DNA of 64,000 nucleotides. Origin: Acidimicrobiia bacterium (GTDB taxonomy: Bacteria; Actinomycetota; Acidimicrobiia; Spongiisociales; SHLN01). Both the position numbers and the translations under genes were made by a program. Numbering within the stretch: position 1 is the stretch's first letter; each line of letters starts with the position of its first letter. The stretch is taken from NCBI GenBank assembly GCA_041609995.1, contig JBFIPU010000002.1, positions 3,733-67,732 on the forward strand, given 5' to 3'. Positions 31,325 to 41,207 of the stretch are shown here, one piece after another. Below the pieces are notes generated by a model. That model was not told the origin of the DNA and searched no databases. It saw only the letters and a list, made by a program, of their open reading frames with translations.

Positions 31325-34300
31325 TCGTGTTCCTCCAGATCTCCGAACCGGGCGGTTCGCTCGACCTCGACCATCTGTTCGTAGAGGTGCCAGCGGTCGT
31401 CGATGTCTCGCTGTGCGGCGTCGAACAGTTTGGCGGCGACGTCGGGCTTCGCTCGGGCCAGCATCGCAAACCGCCCTTCGGTGGCGGCGAAGTCCTTGAA
31501 CGGTACCTTGGGTTTGCGGCTGTCGAGGTGCAGGGCGTGATCTCCGTGCGCTTCCCGGCCCGGGTCGAACCGATACAGGGGCCAGTATCCACTGTCGGCG
31601 GCCATTTTCTGATGGGAGGCCATGTCGGTCAAGTCGTAGCCGTGGGCGATGCAGGGGCTGTAAGCGATGATGAGCGACGGCCCCGGATGGGCTTCGGCCT
31701 CGGCGAACGCCTTGACTGTCTGGGTCATGTTGGCGCCCATGGCGATCTGGGCCACGTAGACGTCTCCGTAGGCCATGGCGATCATCCCCAGGTCCTTCTT
31801 CGGCGTGGTCTTGCCACCTGAAGAGAACTTGGCGGTAGCGGCCCGAGGGGTGGCCTTGGAGGTTTGTCCGCCCGTATTGGAATAGACCTCGGTGTCGAGC
31901 ACGAGGATGTTGACATCCCGTCCCGACGCGAGGACGTGATCGAGCCCGCCGAACCCGATGTCGTAGGCCCATCCGTCACCCCCTACGATCCACACATCCA
32001 TCTTCACGAGGTACTCGGACAGCTCAGACAGCCGGCCGGCCTCAGGGCGGTCCAGCCTCGTCAGGATGGCGTCGAGTTCTTCGACCCTCCGGCGTTGCTG
32101 GTCGATGCCGCTCTCGCTGCTCTGGTCGGCATCGAGAATGTCGCGAGCCAATTCGCCGACGTCCGCCGCCAGATGTTCGAGCAGCCGCCGGGCAGCCGCT
32201 GCGTGGTGATCCAGTGCCAGGCGCATCCCCAGCCCGAATTCGGCGTTGTCCTCGAACAACGAGTTCGACCACGCCGGTCCGCGACCGTCGCCGTTCTGGG
32301 CCCATGGCGTGGTGGGCAGGTTGCCCCCATAGATCGAGGAGCAGCCGGTGGCATTGGCCACGAGGATCCGGTCTCCGAACATCTGGCTCATCAACTTCAG
32401 ATAGGGGGTCTCACCGCACCCGGCGCAGGCCCCGGAGAACTCGAAGAGGGGTTCTGCCAGCTGCGAGCCCTTCACCGACTCGAGCCGCAGTTCACTGCGG
32501 TCATATTCTGGCAACGACAGGAAGAAATCGAAGTTCTCCCGCTCGGTCGCGAGGTGGTCGAGGATTGGTTCCATGTTGATCGCCCGGTGCTTGACCACCT
32601 CTTTGCTCTTGGCGGGGCAGATGCTGACGCAGACACCACAGCCGGTGCAATCATCCGGTGCCACCTGAACGATGAGCTGCTCCTCGCTCGTCTTTTCCCA
32701 GTCCTTCGTCTTGAAGCCGGCCGGCGCCCCCACCACATCACCGGCATCAACGACCTTCAGCCGTATGGCGGCGTGGGGACAGACCAGGGCGCACCTGGCA
32801 CAGTCGATACAGATCGCCGGATCCCAGATCGGGATCTCGGTGGCAATGGTGCGTTTCTCCCACTTGGCGGTGCCGGTGGCGAAGGTCCCGTCAACCGGTA
32901 GGGCGCTCACCGGTAGCAGGTCACCGTTGCCCGCCAGAATCTGACTCGTTACGCGCGACACGAGGGAATCGGCCGGCACATTCGGCCGCATGGGCGGGCC
33001 GGCCGTCGGTTCATCGGGCACCGCCAGTTGCTCGAGTCCGGCCAGCGCGGCATCGACCGCGGCGCTGTTGCGTTCGACCACCGCCGGGCCACGTTTGCCA
33101 TAGGTCTTGGCGATCGTGTCCTTGATCGCGGCGATCGCCGCATCCCGTTCGATCACGTCGGCCAGACCAAAGAAGCAGGTTTGCAGGACCGTGTTGATGC
33201 GTCCGCCCAGCCCGGCCTCGCGTGCGACCCGGTTGGCGTCCACCACCCAGACGTCGAGATGCTTGTCGATGATCTGGCGCTGCACGCCGGTGGGAATGCG
33301 GTGCCAGGTCTCGTCGGCCGGGAACGGGCTGTTCAGGAGGAATGTGGCGCCCGGGTTGGCCACGCCCAGCATGTCGAATCGGTCGAGAAACCCGAAATTG
33401 TGGCATGCGACGAAGTTGGCCGCTGTGATCAGATATGTGGAGTCGATCGGGTCGGGGCCGAACCGGAGATGGGAAGTGGTGCGCGAGCCCGACTTCTTGG
33501 AGTCATACACGAAATACCCCTGGGCATACAGAGGGGTTTGCTCTCCGATGATTTTCACCGAGTTCTTGTTGGCACCCACGGTTCCGTCGGCTCCCAGGCC
33601 GTAAAACACGGCACGGGTCACGTGTTCGGGCTCACTCCACGATTCGTCGTCGTACGGCAGGCTGAGATGGGATACGTCGTCGGTGATCCCGACGGTGAAA
33701 TGGCGGGGAGGCTGGTCGGCTGCCAACGCGTCGAACACTGCGTTGACCATCGGGGGAGTGAACTCCTTCGATGACAGTCCGTACCGGCCCCCAATGACCT
33801 CGACCGCGGACCGGCCCGCTTCAGACAAGGCGGTGACGACGTCCTGGTACAGGGGCTCACCGATCGATCCGGGCTCTTTCGTGCGATCCAGAACGGCGAT
33901 GCGTCGCGTGGAGGCGGGGAGTGCGGCGGTGAAGGCCGCGACGGAGAAGGGACGATAGAGTCGCACGAGCATCGCCCCCATGCGCTCGCCTTCCCCTGCT
34001 CGCGCCTCGACCACCTCGCGAACCGGACCGGCTCCGGACCCCATGATCACGAGCACCCGCTCGGCTTCAGGGTGGCCGACGTAATCGAAGAGCCGATAGT
34101 GGCGGTCTACCAGGGAGCCCAGCTTGTCCATTTCGGCCTGGACGATCTCGGGGACAGCGGCGTGGAAGGGGTTGGCGGCCTCGCGGGCTTGGAAGAACAC
34201 GTCCGGGTTCTGGGCGGTGCCGCGCAACACCGGGGCATTGGGATTGAGCGCCCGGTCCCGGTGTTCGGTCACGAGGGCGTCATCGATCATCGAGGCGAGC

Positions 34301-34860
34301 GTTGCGTGGTCGAGGAGGCTGATCTTCGCAACCTCGTGGCTGGTGCGGAACCCATCGAAGAAATGCACGAATGGGACCCGGGAGCGGAGGGAGGCGGCGT
34401 GGGCCACCAACGCCAGGTCGTGCGCCTCCTGGACAGAGCCCGATGCCAGCATGGCCGCGCCCGTCTGGCGGATCGCCATCACATCGCTGTGATCTCCGAA
34501 GATGCTCAAGGCGTGGGTGGCCACCGACCTGGCCGCCACATGAATGACCGCCGGAGTCAGCTCTCCTGCGATCTTGTACAGATTGGGGATCATGAGCAGG
34601 AGGCCTTGGGAGGCCGTGAAGGTCGTGGTCAGCGCCCCTCCCTGCAGCGACCCGTGGAGGCTCCCGGCGGCCCCGCCCTCGCTCTGGAGCTCGATGACGT
34701 GTGGAACGTCGCCCCAGATGTTGGCTTCCCCCGACATCGACCAGGCATCGGCCAGCTCGCCCATGGGCGACGCCGGGGTGATCGGGTAGATGGTGATTAC
34801 TTCCGAGACGGCGTGCGCCACGCGCGCCGCCGCCTCGTTACCGTCGATGGTGACTTGCAT
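31321..34860 (-). CDS. nifJ: Pyruvate:ferredoxin (flavodoxin) oxidoreductase, single-polypeptide NifJ type
   Basis: ~1180 aa. N-term MQVTIDGNEAAARVAHAVSEVITIYPITPASPMGE. Two 4Fe-4S ferredoxin motifs (CIDCARCALVCPHAA..; CTGCGVCVSICPAK). TPP-binding C-terminal domain (GGDGWAYDIGFGGLDH). Confidence 0.9.
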   Translation of the reverse strand: MQVTIDGNEAAARVAHAVSEVITIYPITPASPMGELADAWSMSGEANIWGDVPHVIELQSEGGAAGSLHGSLQGGALTTTFTASQGLLLMIPNLYKIAGELTPAVIHVAARSVATHALSIFGDHSDVMAIRQTGAAMLASGSVQEAHDLALVAHAASLRSRVPFVHFFDGFRTSHEVAKISLLDHATLASMIDDALVTEHRDRALNPNAPVLRGTAQNPDVFFQAREAANPFHAAVPEIVQAEMDKLGSLVDRHYRLFDYVGHPEAERVLVIMGSGAGPVREVVEARAGEGERMGAMLVRLYRPFSVAAFTAALPASTRRIAVLDRTKEPGSIGEPLYQDVVTALSEAGRSAVEVIGGRYGLSSKEFTPPMVNAVFDALAADQPPRHFTVGITDDVSHLSLPYDDESWSEPEHVTRAVFYGLGADGTVGANKNSVKIIGEQTPLYAQGYFVYDSKKSGSRTTSHLRFGPDPIDSTYLITAANFVACHNFGFLDRFDMLGVANPGATFLLNSPFPADETWHRIPTGVQRQIIDKHLDVWVVDANRVAREAGLGGRINTVLQTCFFGLADVIERDAAIAAIKDTIAKTYGKRGPAVVERNSAAVDAALAGLEQLAVPDEPTAGPPMRPNVPADSLVSRVTSQILAGNGDLLPVSALPVDGTFATGTAKWEKRTIATEIPIWDPAICIDCARCALVCPHAAIRLKVVDAGDVVGAPAGFKTKDWEKTSEEQLIVQVAPDDCTGCGVCVSICPAKSKEVVKHRAINMEPILDHLATERENFDFFLSLPEYDRSELRLESVKGSQLAEPLFEFSGACAGCGETPYLKLMSQMFGDRILVANATGCSSIYGGNLPTTPWAQNGDGRGPAWSNSLFEDNAEFGLGMRLALDHHAAAARRLLEHLAADVGELARDILDADQSSESGIDQQRRRVEELDAILTRLDRPEAGRLSELSEYLVKMDVWIVGGDGWAYDIGFGGLDHVLASGRDVNILVLDTEVYSNTGGQTSKATPRAATAKFSSGGKTTPKKDLGMIAMAYGDVYVAQIAMGANMTQTVKAFAEAEAHPGPSLIIAYSPCIAHGYDLTDMASHQKMAADSGYWPLYRFDPGREAHGDHALHLDSRKPKVPFKDFAATEGRFAMLARAKPDVAAKLFDAAQRDIDDRWHLYEQMVEVERTARFGDLEEHE

Positions 34861-35051
34861 CAGAGCACCCTGCCTGACGCGACCCGGCTCCATGTGGCTG
34901 TATTCATAGGCGTGAAGCTATTCGGGGGCCTGTTCACCAAACAGGGTCGATGGTCACCCTGGCTACGGACCAGGCCGGTGGCAGGGCCACAGCGAGCCAT
35001 TTGGAGGTGCGGATCGGCTGAAACCAGGGGCCCGCTACGTACGATTAGGCC

Positions 35052-36056
35052 ATGACACGACAGCGGAGACTGTTTGCGGGCCTGGGGCTGGTGGCGATGG
35101 CCATCGCCGTCGGCACGATCGCCTACATGATCGTCGAGAACCTAGCGTTTCTCGACGCCCTCTATCTGTCCGTGATCACCATCTCGACGGTGGGGTTTGC
35201 CGAACCGGCCGGAGGGTTCTCACCCATCGGCCAGATCGCCACCATCGTGCTCGTGATCCTCGGGGTCGGCGCCGGCTTTTATACGGCCACTGTCGGCCTC
35301 GAATACCTGCTCGAAGAAGTTGTGGCGGGTAGGGCGCTCTCGCGCTTCCAGGGAAGGAGAATACGCTCGATGCAGAACCACGTCATTGTGTGCGGATACG
35401 GACGCGTCGGTCAGGCGGTTGCCCGCCGCCTGGCCGCGAGTGGAAGCGGCGTGGTCGTGATCGAGATCGATCCCCACGTCGCCGAAGCTCCGGTACCGGC
35501 GGACTGGGTGGTGCTCGAAGGGGATGCGACCCTGGACGAGGTGCTCGACCGCGCCGGGATCGATCAGGCGGCGGTGCTGATCGCCGCTGTCGAGGACTCG
35601 GATAATCTGGCGATCGTGTTGTCGGCTCGGGCGCGACGCCCCGATCTTCGCATCATCGCCCGGGCGGCGGCGCCGCAGTCGGAACGAAAGCTCAAGCTGG
35701 CGGGTGCCGACCGGGTCGTCTCGCCGGTGGCGGTGGGGGCGGAACGCTTGGCGGCGATGGCCGTCGACCCCGAGCTGAGCGAGTTCATCGACATCGCCGT
35801 GCATGGTGATCTCGTCGATTTCAAGATCGAGGAGATCAACGTGAAGCCGGACTCGGCCATCCGCGGCCGTACGCTGGCCGACTCCACGATTCGCGAGAGC
35901 ACCGGAGCGCTGATCCTGGCGTTACGTAGACGCGACGGAATGGTTGACGTCAACCCGGACGGGGACGCGGCCCTGTTGGACGGAGATACGTTGGTCGCGA
36001 TCGGCACCGAGGATCAACTCGAGCGGCTGGAGGCCTTGGCGAACCCGTCGGGGTAG
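35052..36056 (+). CDS. Ion (K+-type) channel protein with RCK/TrkA-N and TrkA-C domains
   Basis: Two TM helices flanking pore-like TISTVGFAE (non-canonical filter, not TVGYGD). Rossmann GYGRVGQAVARRL (TrkA-N) and C-terminal TrkA-C. Confidence 0.75.
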   Translation: MTRQRRLFAGLGLVAMAIAVGTIAYMIVENLAFLDALYLSVITISTVGFAEPAGGFSPIGQIATIVLVILGVGAGFYTATVGLEYLLEEVVAGRALSRFQGRRIRSMQNHVIVCGYGRVGQAVARRLAASGSGVVVIEIDPHVAEAPVPADWVVLEGDATLDEVLDRAGIDQAAVLIAAVEDSDNLAIVLSARARRPDLRIIARAAAPQSERKLKLAGADRVVSPVAVGAERLAAMAVDPELSEFIDIAVHGDLVDFKIEEINVKPDSAIRGRTLADSTIRESTGALILALRRRDGMVDVNPDGDAALLDGDTLVAIGTEDQLERLEALANPSG

Positions 36057-36090
36057 GAGAGCGGCGGTACGAAGCTGCCAGCAAGAGCCG

Positions 36091-37092
36091 CTAGTCGTCC
36101 TCCCGGTCTGCTGCGGCCTGGCGGCGGGCGATCTTGTCGAGCGCCTCGCGAGCATTCCGGAGATGGCCGGAAACCGACATGCCGTGGCTCATGGCTCGGT
36201 CCACGTCGGCGTCCCGGATGAGCTTGACGGCCTCACGGGCGGCAGCCGCGCCTCGTTCGAGCTCTTCGGCCAGCTTCTTGAATCCGGCTTCCGTCTTCGC
36301 CCGGGATTTGGGCACCCGCGGCGCGATCACGGCCTCGGGGGACTCCATCTCTGCGGGGATCTCTGACAGGACCTTCTTGGCCTCCTCGACCGTGAATCGA
36401 CCACTCGTGACCTCCCGGCCCACGACGACACCCTCCAGCCGGCGGCCCCGGGCCTGCAGACGAGCCAGGTCGCGCAGGTCGTCGAGATTACGAACTCCAC
36501 CGCCGGCGATCAATGGCACGTCGACGTCCTCCATCGCCTCGAGATGCATTCGGAGGTCAGGCCCGTCCTCGAGTGCGTCCCGGCCTGCTTCGGCCAAGAG
36601 GATGGCGGCCGCCCCGGCTGACGACATCTCGATCAACACCTCTTCCAGGTACCGGCCCGAGTTGATGGTCCAGCCACGCGTGGCGATTTCGCCGTCGGGT
36701 CGAACGTCGAGTGACACGACGATCTTGCCCGGGTAATCCCGGCACAGATCCCAGACCATGTTCTGGTCCTCGATGGCGGCCGTCCCCATGACAATCCGCC
36801 AGGCACCGGCCTCGATGATCCGCTGGGCCTCCATGGGGGATCGGATGCCGCCGGCCACCTGCACCGGGACGTCGACGGCGGCGATGATCTCGTCGATGAG
36901 CGGCCGATTTCCATATTCCCGGAACGCGGCAGCGTCCAGGTCGACGAGGTGGATGCGATCCGCTCCGGCTTCCACCCATGCCAGGGCTCGCGCCTTGGGA
37001 TCGGCGTCCAGGACGATGGCATCGGCGACGTTACCGTGCGGCAGGCGCACAGACCGTCCGTCCATGATGTTGACTCGCGCATATAGGTCCAT
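36091..37092 (-). CDS. HisA/PriA-family (ProFAR isomerase-like) TIM-barrel protein with ~95-aa charged C-terminal extension; stand-alone, not in a his operon
   Basis: LYARVNIMDGRSVRLPHGNV.., VPVQVAGGIRS, GTAAIED, LIAGGGVRNLDDLRDL, VVVGREVTSGRFTVEEA all match HisA motifs. Extension EEAKKVLSEIP...ARRQAAADREDD. Confidence 0.65.
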   Translation of the reverse strand: MDLYARVNIMDGRSVRLPHGNVADAIVLDADPKARALAWVEAGADRIHLVDLDAAAFREYGNRPLIDEIIAAVDVPVQVAGGIRSPMEAQRIIEAGAWRIVMGTAAIEDQNMVWDLCRDYPGKIVVSLDVRPDGEIATRGWTINSGRYLEEVLIEMSSAGAAAILLAEAGRDALEDGPDLRMHLEAMEDVDVPLIAGGGVRNLDDLRDLARLQARGRRLEGVVVGREVTSGRFTVEEAKKVLSEIPAEMESPEAVIAPRVPKSRAKTEAGFKKLAEELERGAAAAREAVKLIRDADVDRAMSHGMSVSGHLRNAREALDKIARRQAAADREDD

Positions 37093-37166
37093 GATCCACA
37101 CACCTTATTGGATCCCTCATCGAATGGCGCACGCCATACCCGGCGACCCCGCGTAGAGTTTGGGCC

Positions 37167-37466
37167 ATGACGGCTTCATCCGAGCACAAACGGGATCAGT
37201 CCGATTCAGCTGAGCCCGTCAAAGGAGACGCGGATCCCGACCTGTTGCGGAAGGTGGTGGTAGGGGCCGCCGGCGGCGCATTGACGGCCGCCGGGGTGGT
37301 GATGCTCGTGACCCCCGGCCCCGGGGTTCTCGTCACGCTCGGCGGGCTGGGAATTCTCAGCACCGAGTTTCCGATCGCCCAACGCGCCCTTCACGGATTG
37401 CGCCGGCGCGTCATCCCGACACGCGACGATGAAAATAGAGGCGACAGGCGATCGAGCAATTTCTAG
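37167..37466 (+). CDS. PGPGW-family small membrane protein
   Basis: ..VVGAAGGALTAAGVVMLVTPGPGVLVTLGGLGILSTEFP.. is the PGPGW motif. Confidence 0.6.
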   Translation: MTASSEHKRDQSDSAEPVKGDADPDLLRKVVVGAAGGALTAAGVVMLVTPGPGVLVTLGGLGILSTEFPIAQRALHGLRRRVIPTRDDENRGDRRSSNF

Positions 37467-37535
37467 AGTGAAGAGTGGGAATTCTCTCACTAGTGTCTCC
37501 CGCTCAGAACGCACTCGACCTACGGATGGAGGACC

Positions 37536-38081
37536 GTGGAGTTGGAAAACCGGAACATCTGGGTGGTCGTTTCCTTGGCGATCATCTGGCTCGTTGTCAT
37601 CGTCACGAGCCTCCAGGCCCCGTCGCTGAGCTTTGGCGATGGGGAACCGGTGGTCATCCGGGTGGCGGCGCTGGCCAACTGGTTCTGGGGCCTGGCCGGC
37701 AGCGTCTATGTCCTGCGCGCAACGATCTTCCGCCGACCCACCGAGCCCGGATGGGGAGAAGACACTGCGTGGCCGTGGATCGCCGTCGCGGTTGGTGTGA
37801 TCTGGGTGGTGGCCTTGATCGTCAGCCTCACATTTCCCGACATCGTCATCGACGGCGGCTTTGCCGTGGTGCCGTTCGGATCGATCGCAGCTCCCGTCAT
37901 CGCGGTTGCCTTGACCTCCTACGTTGTCGATTTCCTCGTCACGGGGTTCGCCGCCCGCAACGCCGGCCGGATGGTGGCTCCGGCGCCGGTGGTGCCAGCC
38001 AGCACCGGCCCGACCGACGTGCCGGAGGCCGCAGAAGAAGTCGCCTATGCCGAGGAGTACTACGAGGAGGGGTACGAGTAG
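37536..38081 (+). CDS. Hypothetical membrane protein with acidic C-terminal tail
   Basis: Four predicted TM helices; C-term EAAEEVAYAEEYYEEGYE. No family assignment. Confidence 0.5.
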   Translation: MELENRNIWVVVSLAIIWLVVIVTSLQAPSLSFGDGEPVVIRVAALANWFWGLAGSVYVLRATIFRRPTEPGWGEDTAWPWIAVAVGVIWVVALIVSLTFPDIVIDGGFAVVPFGSIAAPVIAVALTSYVVDFLVTGFAARNAGRMVAPAPVVPASTGPTDVPEAAEEVAYAEEYYEEGYE

Positions 38082-38098
38082 CGCCGAATCGGTTCTGC

Positions 38099-38446
38099 TC
38101 AGTCCCCAAAGGGTCCCGACCGGGACGGGGTCGGATCCACGCCCCGGCTCCACCGGAATGGGCGGCGCGCGAGATCGATCCCGCGCCACGTGTCGGCGTC
38201 GGCTTCGGTGAGAATCAGGGCCGGGCCGGATCGGAGGTCCTCCGGGATTCCGGGTTCGAACCGCCACCATGCCTGCGGCATTCCCCACAGGTTCCAACGC
38301 TCGAGAAACTCGTCGCGTATTGCCATCCACGCCAGCTCGGCATCTTCCAATGAGCCGTAGCCGGCGATCAGTTCCTCGTCACTTCCGAAGGTGAAGACCT
38401 TGAAATCGATGAACGTGATCGAGTCGTGTCGCTTCTTGCCGAACAT
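38099..38446 (-). CDS. Hypothetical protein
   Basis: 115-aa ORF with good GC3 bias, preceded by an unusually AT-rich segment (38505-38560). No recognisable motifs. Confidence 0.4.
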   Translation of the reverse strand: MFGKKRHDSITFIDFKVFTFGSDEELIAGYGSLEDAELAWMAIRDEFLERWNLWGMPQAWWRFEPGIPEDLRSGPALILTEADADTWRGIDLARRPFRWSRGVDPTPSRSGPFGD

Positions 38447-38557
38447 GTGGTTCCAGTCTGGCCGATCGACGGGTGAGACGCAGCCCGTTTTCCGACATCT
38501 CGATCAATCCGCCGTGCATTGCGCCCATAATCACCGTTATGTCAAGTAACTCCATTC

Positions 38558-39256
38558 TCACTGACTGTGGGGCACGATGACCTGGTCCGCCACTTCCTCG
38601 ACGTCGGGGAAGAGCCACCGGATGAACCCCACTGCGATCCCGACTCCCACCAGTTCCGCGATCACGAACCCGGGAGCAGAAGACGGAGCAATGCCGGCAA
38701 AGGTGTCAGAGAAGGTGCGGGCAATGGTGACGGCAGGATTGGCGAAGCTGGTCGACGAGGTGAAGTAGAAGGCTCCGGCGATATAGGCACCGACGGCGAA
38801 CGCCGCCGCCGAAGCGCGTCCCGATCGGACGAGCCCGAAGATCACCAGGAGCAGCCCGATGGTTGCCACTACCTCCGCCAGCCACAGATGCGGACCGGAT
38901 CGCGAAGTGGTCGACCAGGTGACCGCAGAGAGGTCGAACATCAGGTTGGCCACAACCACCCCGGCGATGCCTCCGGTGATCTGGGCGGCGATGTAGCCCA
39001 CCGTCTCGCGATTGGTGAGGCCCCCGAACACCCGATCGGCGAGCGTGACGGCCGGGTTGATGTGCGCTCCCGAGACCGGTCCCAATGCCAGGATCACCGC
39101 TGTGAGGACCCCCGCCGTCGCCAGTGCGTTTTGTAGCAGGCGCAGTCCGGGATCGGTCGACAGGTTCTCTGCCATGATCCCCGACCCGACGATCGCTGCC
39201 AGCAAGAAGGCGGTGCCGATGAATTCGGCGGCAACCCGCCTCCCCAGCGATGCCAT
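38558..39256 (-). CDS. Aquaporin / MIP-family channel
   Basis: Two NPA boxes (SGAHINPAVT and ANPAVTIART), six TM helices. Start at MASLGRR (39256). Confidence 0.9.
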   Translation of the reverse strand: MASLGRRVAAEFIGTAFLLAAIVGSGIMAENLSTDPGLRLLQNALATAGVLTAVILALGPVSGAHINPAVTLADRVFGGLTNRETVGYIAAQITGGIAGVVVANLMFDLSAVTWSTTSRSGPHLWLAEVVATIGLLLVIFGLVRSGRASAAAFAVGAYIAGAFYFTSSTSFANPAVTIARTFSDTFAGIAPSSAPGFVIAELVGVGIAVGFIRWLFPDVEEVADQVIVPHSQ

Positions 39257-39582
39257 CACACGAAGCAAACATCGAGGGCCATCAGCGCCCGACCCTGATG
39301 GCGGGGGCATCGCGGACCATCTCCCCCGCCGCCGACAAGCTTCGCGATCGCGCCTCAACATCCATCGGCCCGGGAGGCTATCGCTCGAGGACCGTTGAAT
39401 CAAAACAGGGGACCCGAGTCACCGTGCGCGCGCATTCGATCACCGTCGGATCTCGAGTTGTCGACCGGGTGGACTGTCAGGTGCTCGACCCTCGCCTTCG
39501 AGATCCTCACGGGCACCTGGATCGCCGGCCGTCAGGTGGATGCTCGACTCTGTGACCGGGCCAACAAAAAACGAGCAGCAGC

Positions 39583-40647
39583 GTGAGCACTCCCCGGGCC
39601 CAGCGGCGATGGCTGGGCCCGGTCGCCTACCATGGCCTCGTCTCGACTTGGACGAAGATGGACGAAATGCCCGGCCCTGATAGCCCTCACCCCCCGCAGA
39701 AGACGATCGCGTCGGAGCTCGCCAAACCGTTTCGGCGTGTGCCCAACGTGACGTACGGGCCGATCTCGCTACGGTTCATGCGGCCGCTGGTCCGACATGC
39801 CGCCGGTTTGTTGATCCCCGACGTCGACCTCTCGGGCATTTCGATCGAGACGATTCCGACTCCGGGTACCACGGTGACGATGCGGGTCTACCGCCGCGTC
39901 GAGTCGAATGGATCCGTGCCGGTGGTTTTCTGGATTCATGGGGGCGGTTACATCATCGGCGACAACGAGGAAGATCGGTGGGCCAAGTTGTTCTGTGATA
40001 CCGGGGATGTGGCGGTGATCTCGGCCGGGTACCGGCTGGCGCCGGAGCATCCCTTTCCAGCGGCACTCGATGATCTCGTGGCCGCAGTCGAGTGGCTGCG
40101 CGATCACGGGGCCGGTCGCGGGCTCGATTCGGACCGAATCTGTATCGGCGGCGAGAGCGCCGGTGGCGGCCTGGCGGCCGCGCTGGTGCAGCAGCTCCAC
40201 GACGCCGGCGTCCCCATGAAAGGCCAGTTGCTGGTCTACCCGATGCTCGATGATCGAACCGCGGTCGATGAGGCGATCGACCGCAAAGAACACCTCGCCT
40301 GGAACAACGGATCGAACCACTTTGGATGGTCGAGCTACCTCGGGGCAGAGCCCGGCCGTGACACGGTTCCGCAGTATGCGGTACCCGCCCGGCGGGAGGA
40401 TCTGAGCGGTCTCCCGCCCGCCTGGATCGGTGTGGGCGACCTCGACCTGTTCCTCCGCGAGAACACGGCTTACGCCCGGCGGCTGCTCGAGGCCGACGTG
40501 CCGACCTCATTCGAGTTGGTCGAAGGAGCCCCGCACGGCTTCCCGAGCATCGTGCCCGGGGCGCAGCTGTCGCAAGCATTCACAGCCTCCGCCGCTTCGT
40601 TCGTGATGGATGTCCTCGACGTGGACGGCAGCAGCGACGATCGTTGA
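39583..40647 (+). CDS. Alpha/beta-hydrolase fold-3 esterase/lipase (HSL family)
   Basis: Oxyanion-hole HGGGY in VVFWIHGGGYIIGD; nucleophile elbow GESAGGGLAAAL. Start may be the Met at ~39655. Confidence 0.8.
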   Translation: MSTPRAQRRWLGPVAYHGLVSTWTKMDEMPGPDSPHPPQKTIASELAKPFRRVPNVTYGPISLRFMRPLVRHAAGLLIPDVDLSGISIETIPTPGTTVTMRVYRRVESNGSVPVVFWIHGGGYIIGDNEEDRWAKLFCDTGDVAVISAGYRLAPEHPFPAALDDLVAAVEWLRDHGAGRGLDSDRICIGGESAGGGLAAALVQQLHDAGVPMKGQLLVYPMLDDRTAVDEAIDRKEHLAWNNGSNHFGWSSYLGAEPGRDTVPQYAVPARREDLSGLPPAWIGVGDLDLFLRENTAYARRLLEADVPTSFELVEGAPHGFPSIVPGAQLSQAFTASAASFVMDVLDVDGSSDDR

Positions 40648-40751
40648 GCCCCGGCAGGGGCTTCCCGAATCCGTTCGAGTCTCAATCCAGATGGTGGCGG
40701 AAGCGTGGACCCGGCCTGGTAGGGTCGGTCGGCGTTGCGAGGAGGTGTCCG

Positions 40752-41114
40752 GTGCCAGGTGGATCCAAATATGAGGGGCCGGCCGAGAAGCTCGAGCAGT
40801 ATGCCGCCGCAGTCGAGGAGAGCGAGAGCGGGGCGGAGGTGAAGGGCGCCAAGAACCCCTATACGTCGCGCAACGGGCACATGTTCAGCTTCCTGGCCGC
40901 CGATGGGACCATGGCGTTGCGACTCCCCGACGATTTGACGGATGAGTTCCGCTCACAGTACGACAGCGGGGACGTGATGCAGTACGGCGCCACCATGCGG
41001 GGCTACTCCTCGGTACCGGCCGAACTGCTGGCCGACACCGGCGAGGTGGCCGGCTGGTTCGACAAGTCGTGGAACTGGATCGGCACACTCCCACCCAAGC
41101 CGACCAAGAAGTAG
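40752..41114 (+). CDS. Hypothetical protein
   Basis: GTG start with RBS GAGGAGGTG; ..NPYTSRNGHMFSFLAADGTMALRLPDD..; no family assignment. Confidence 0.4.
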   Translation: MPGGSKYEGPAEKLEQYAAAVEESESGAEVKGAKNPYTSRNGHMFSFLAADGTMALRLPDDLTDEFRSQYDSGDVMQYGATMRGYSSVPAELLADTGEVAGWFDKSWNWIGTLPPKPTKK

Positions 41115-41207
41115 GAGTCCATTCGATCGCAGCGGGTAGAACCACGATCTGAGACCACACCCCTCCCCTGGCAACGAGCAGCAGTGATCACGTTGGGCGC
41201 TACCGAC

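Noticed and set aside
31325-31972. N-terminal 216-aa extension of the 572-aa DHOD-like track ORF
   Set aside because: The extension is Arg/Gly-rich noise overlapping the 3' end of nifJ. A canonical start (MKTDLS, ATGA-coupled to the nifJ stop) gives a normal-length DHOD-like protein.
38220-38245. tRNA-like TΨC motif (GGTTCGAACC) and other GTTCGA hits (e.g. ~30018)
   Set aside because: All lie inside well-supported CDSs and lack an adjacent acceptor-stem/anticodon-arm structure. No tRNA, rRNA or other RNA genes were recognised in the window.
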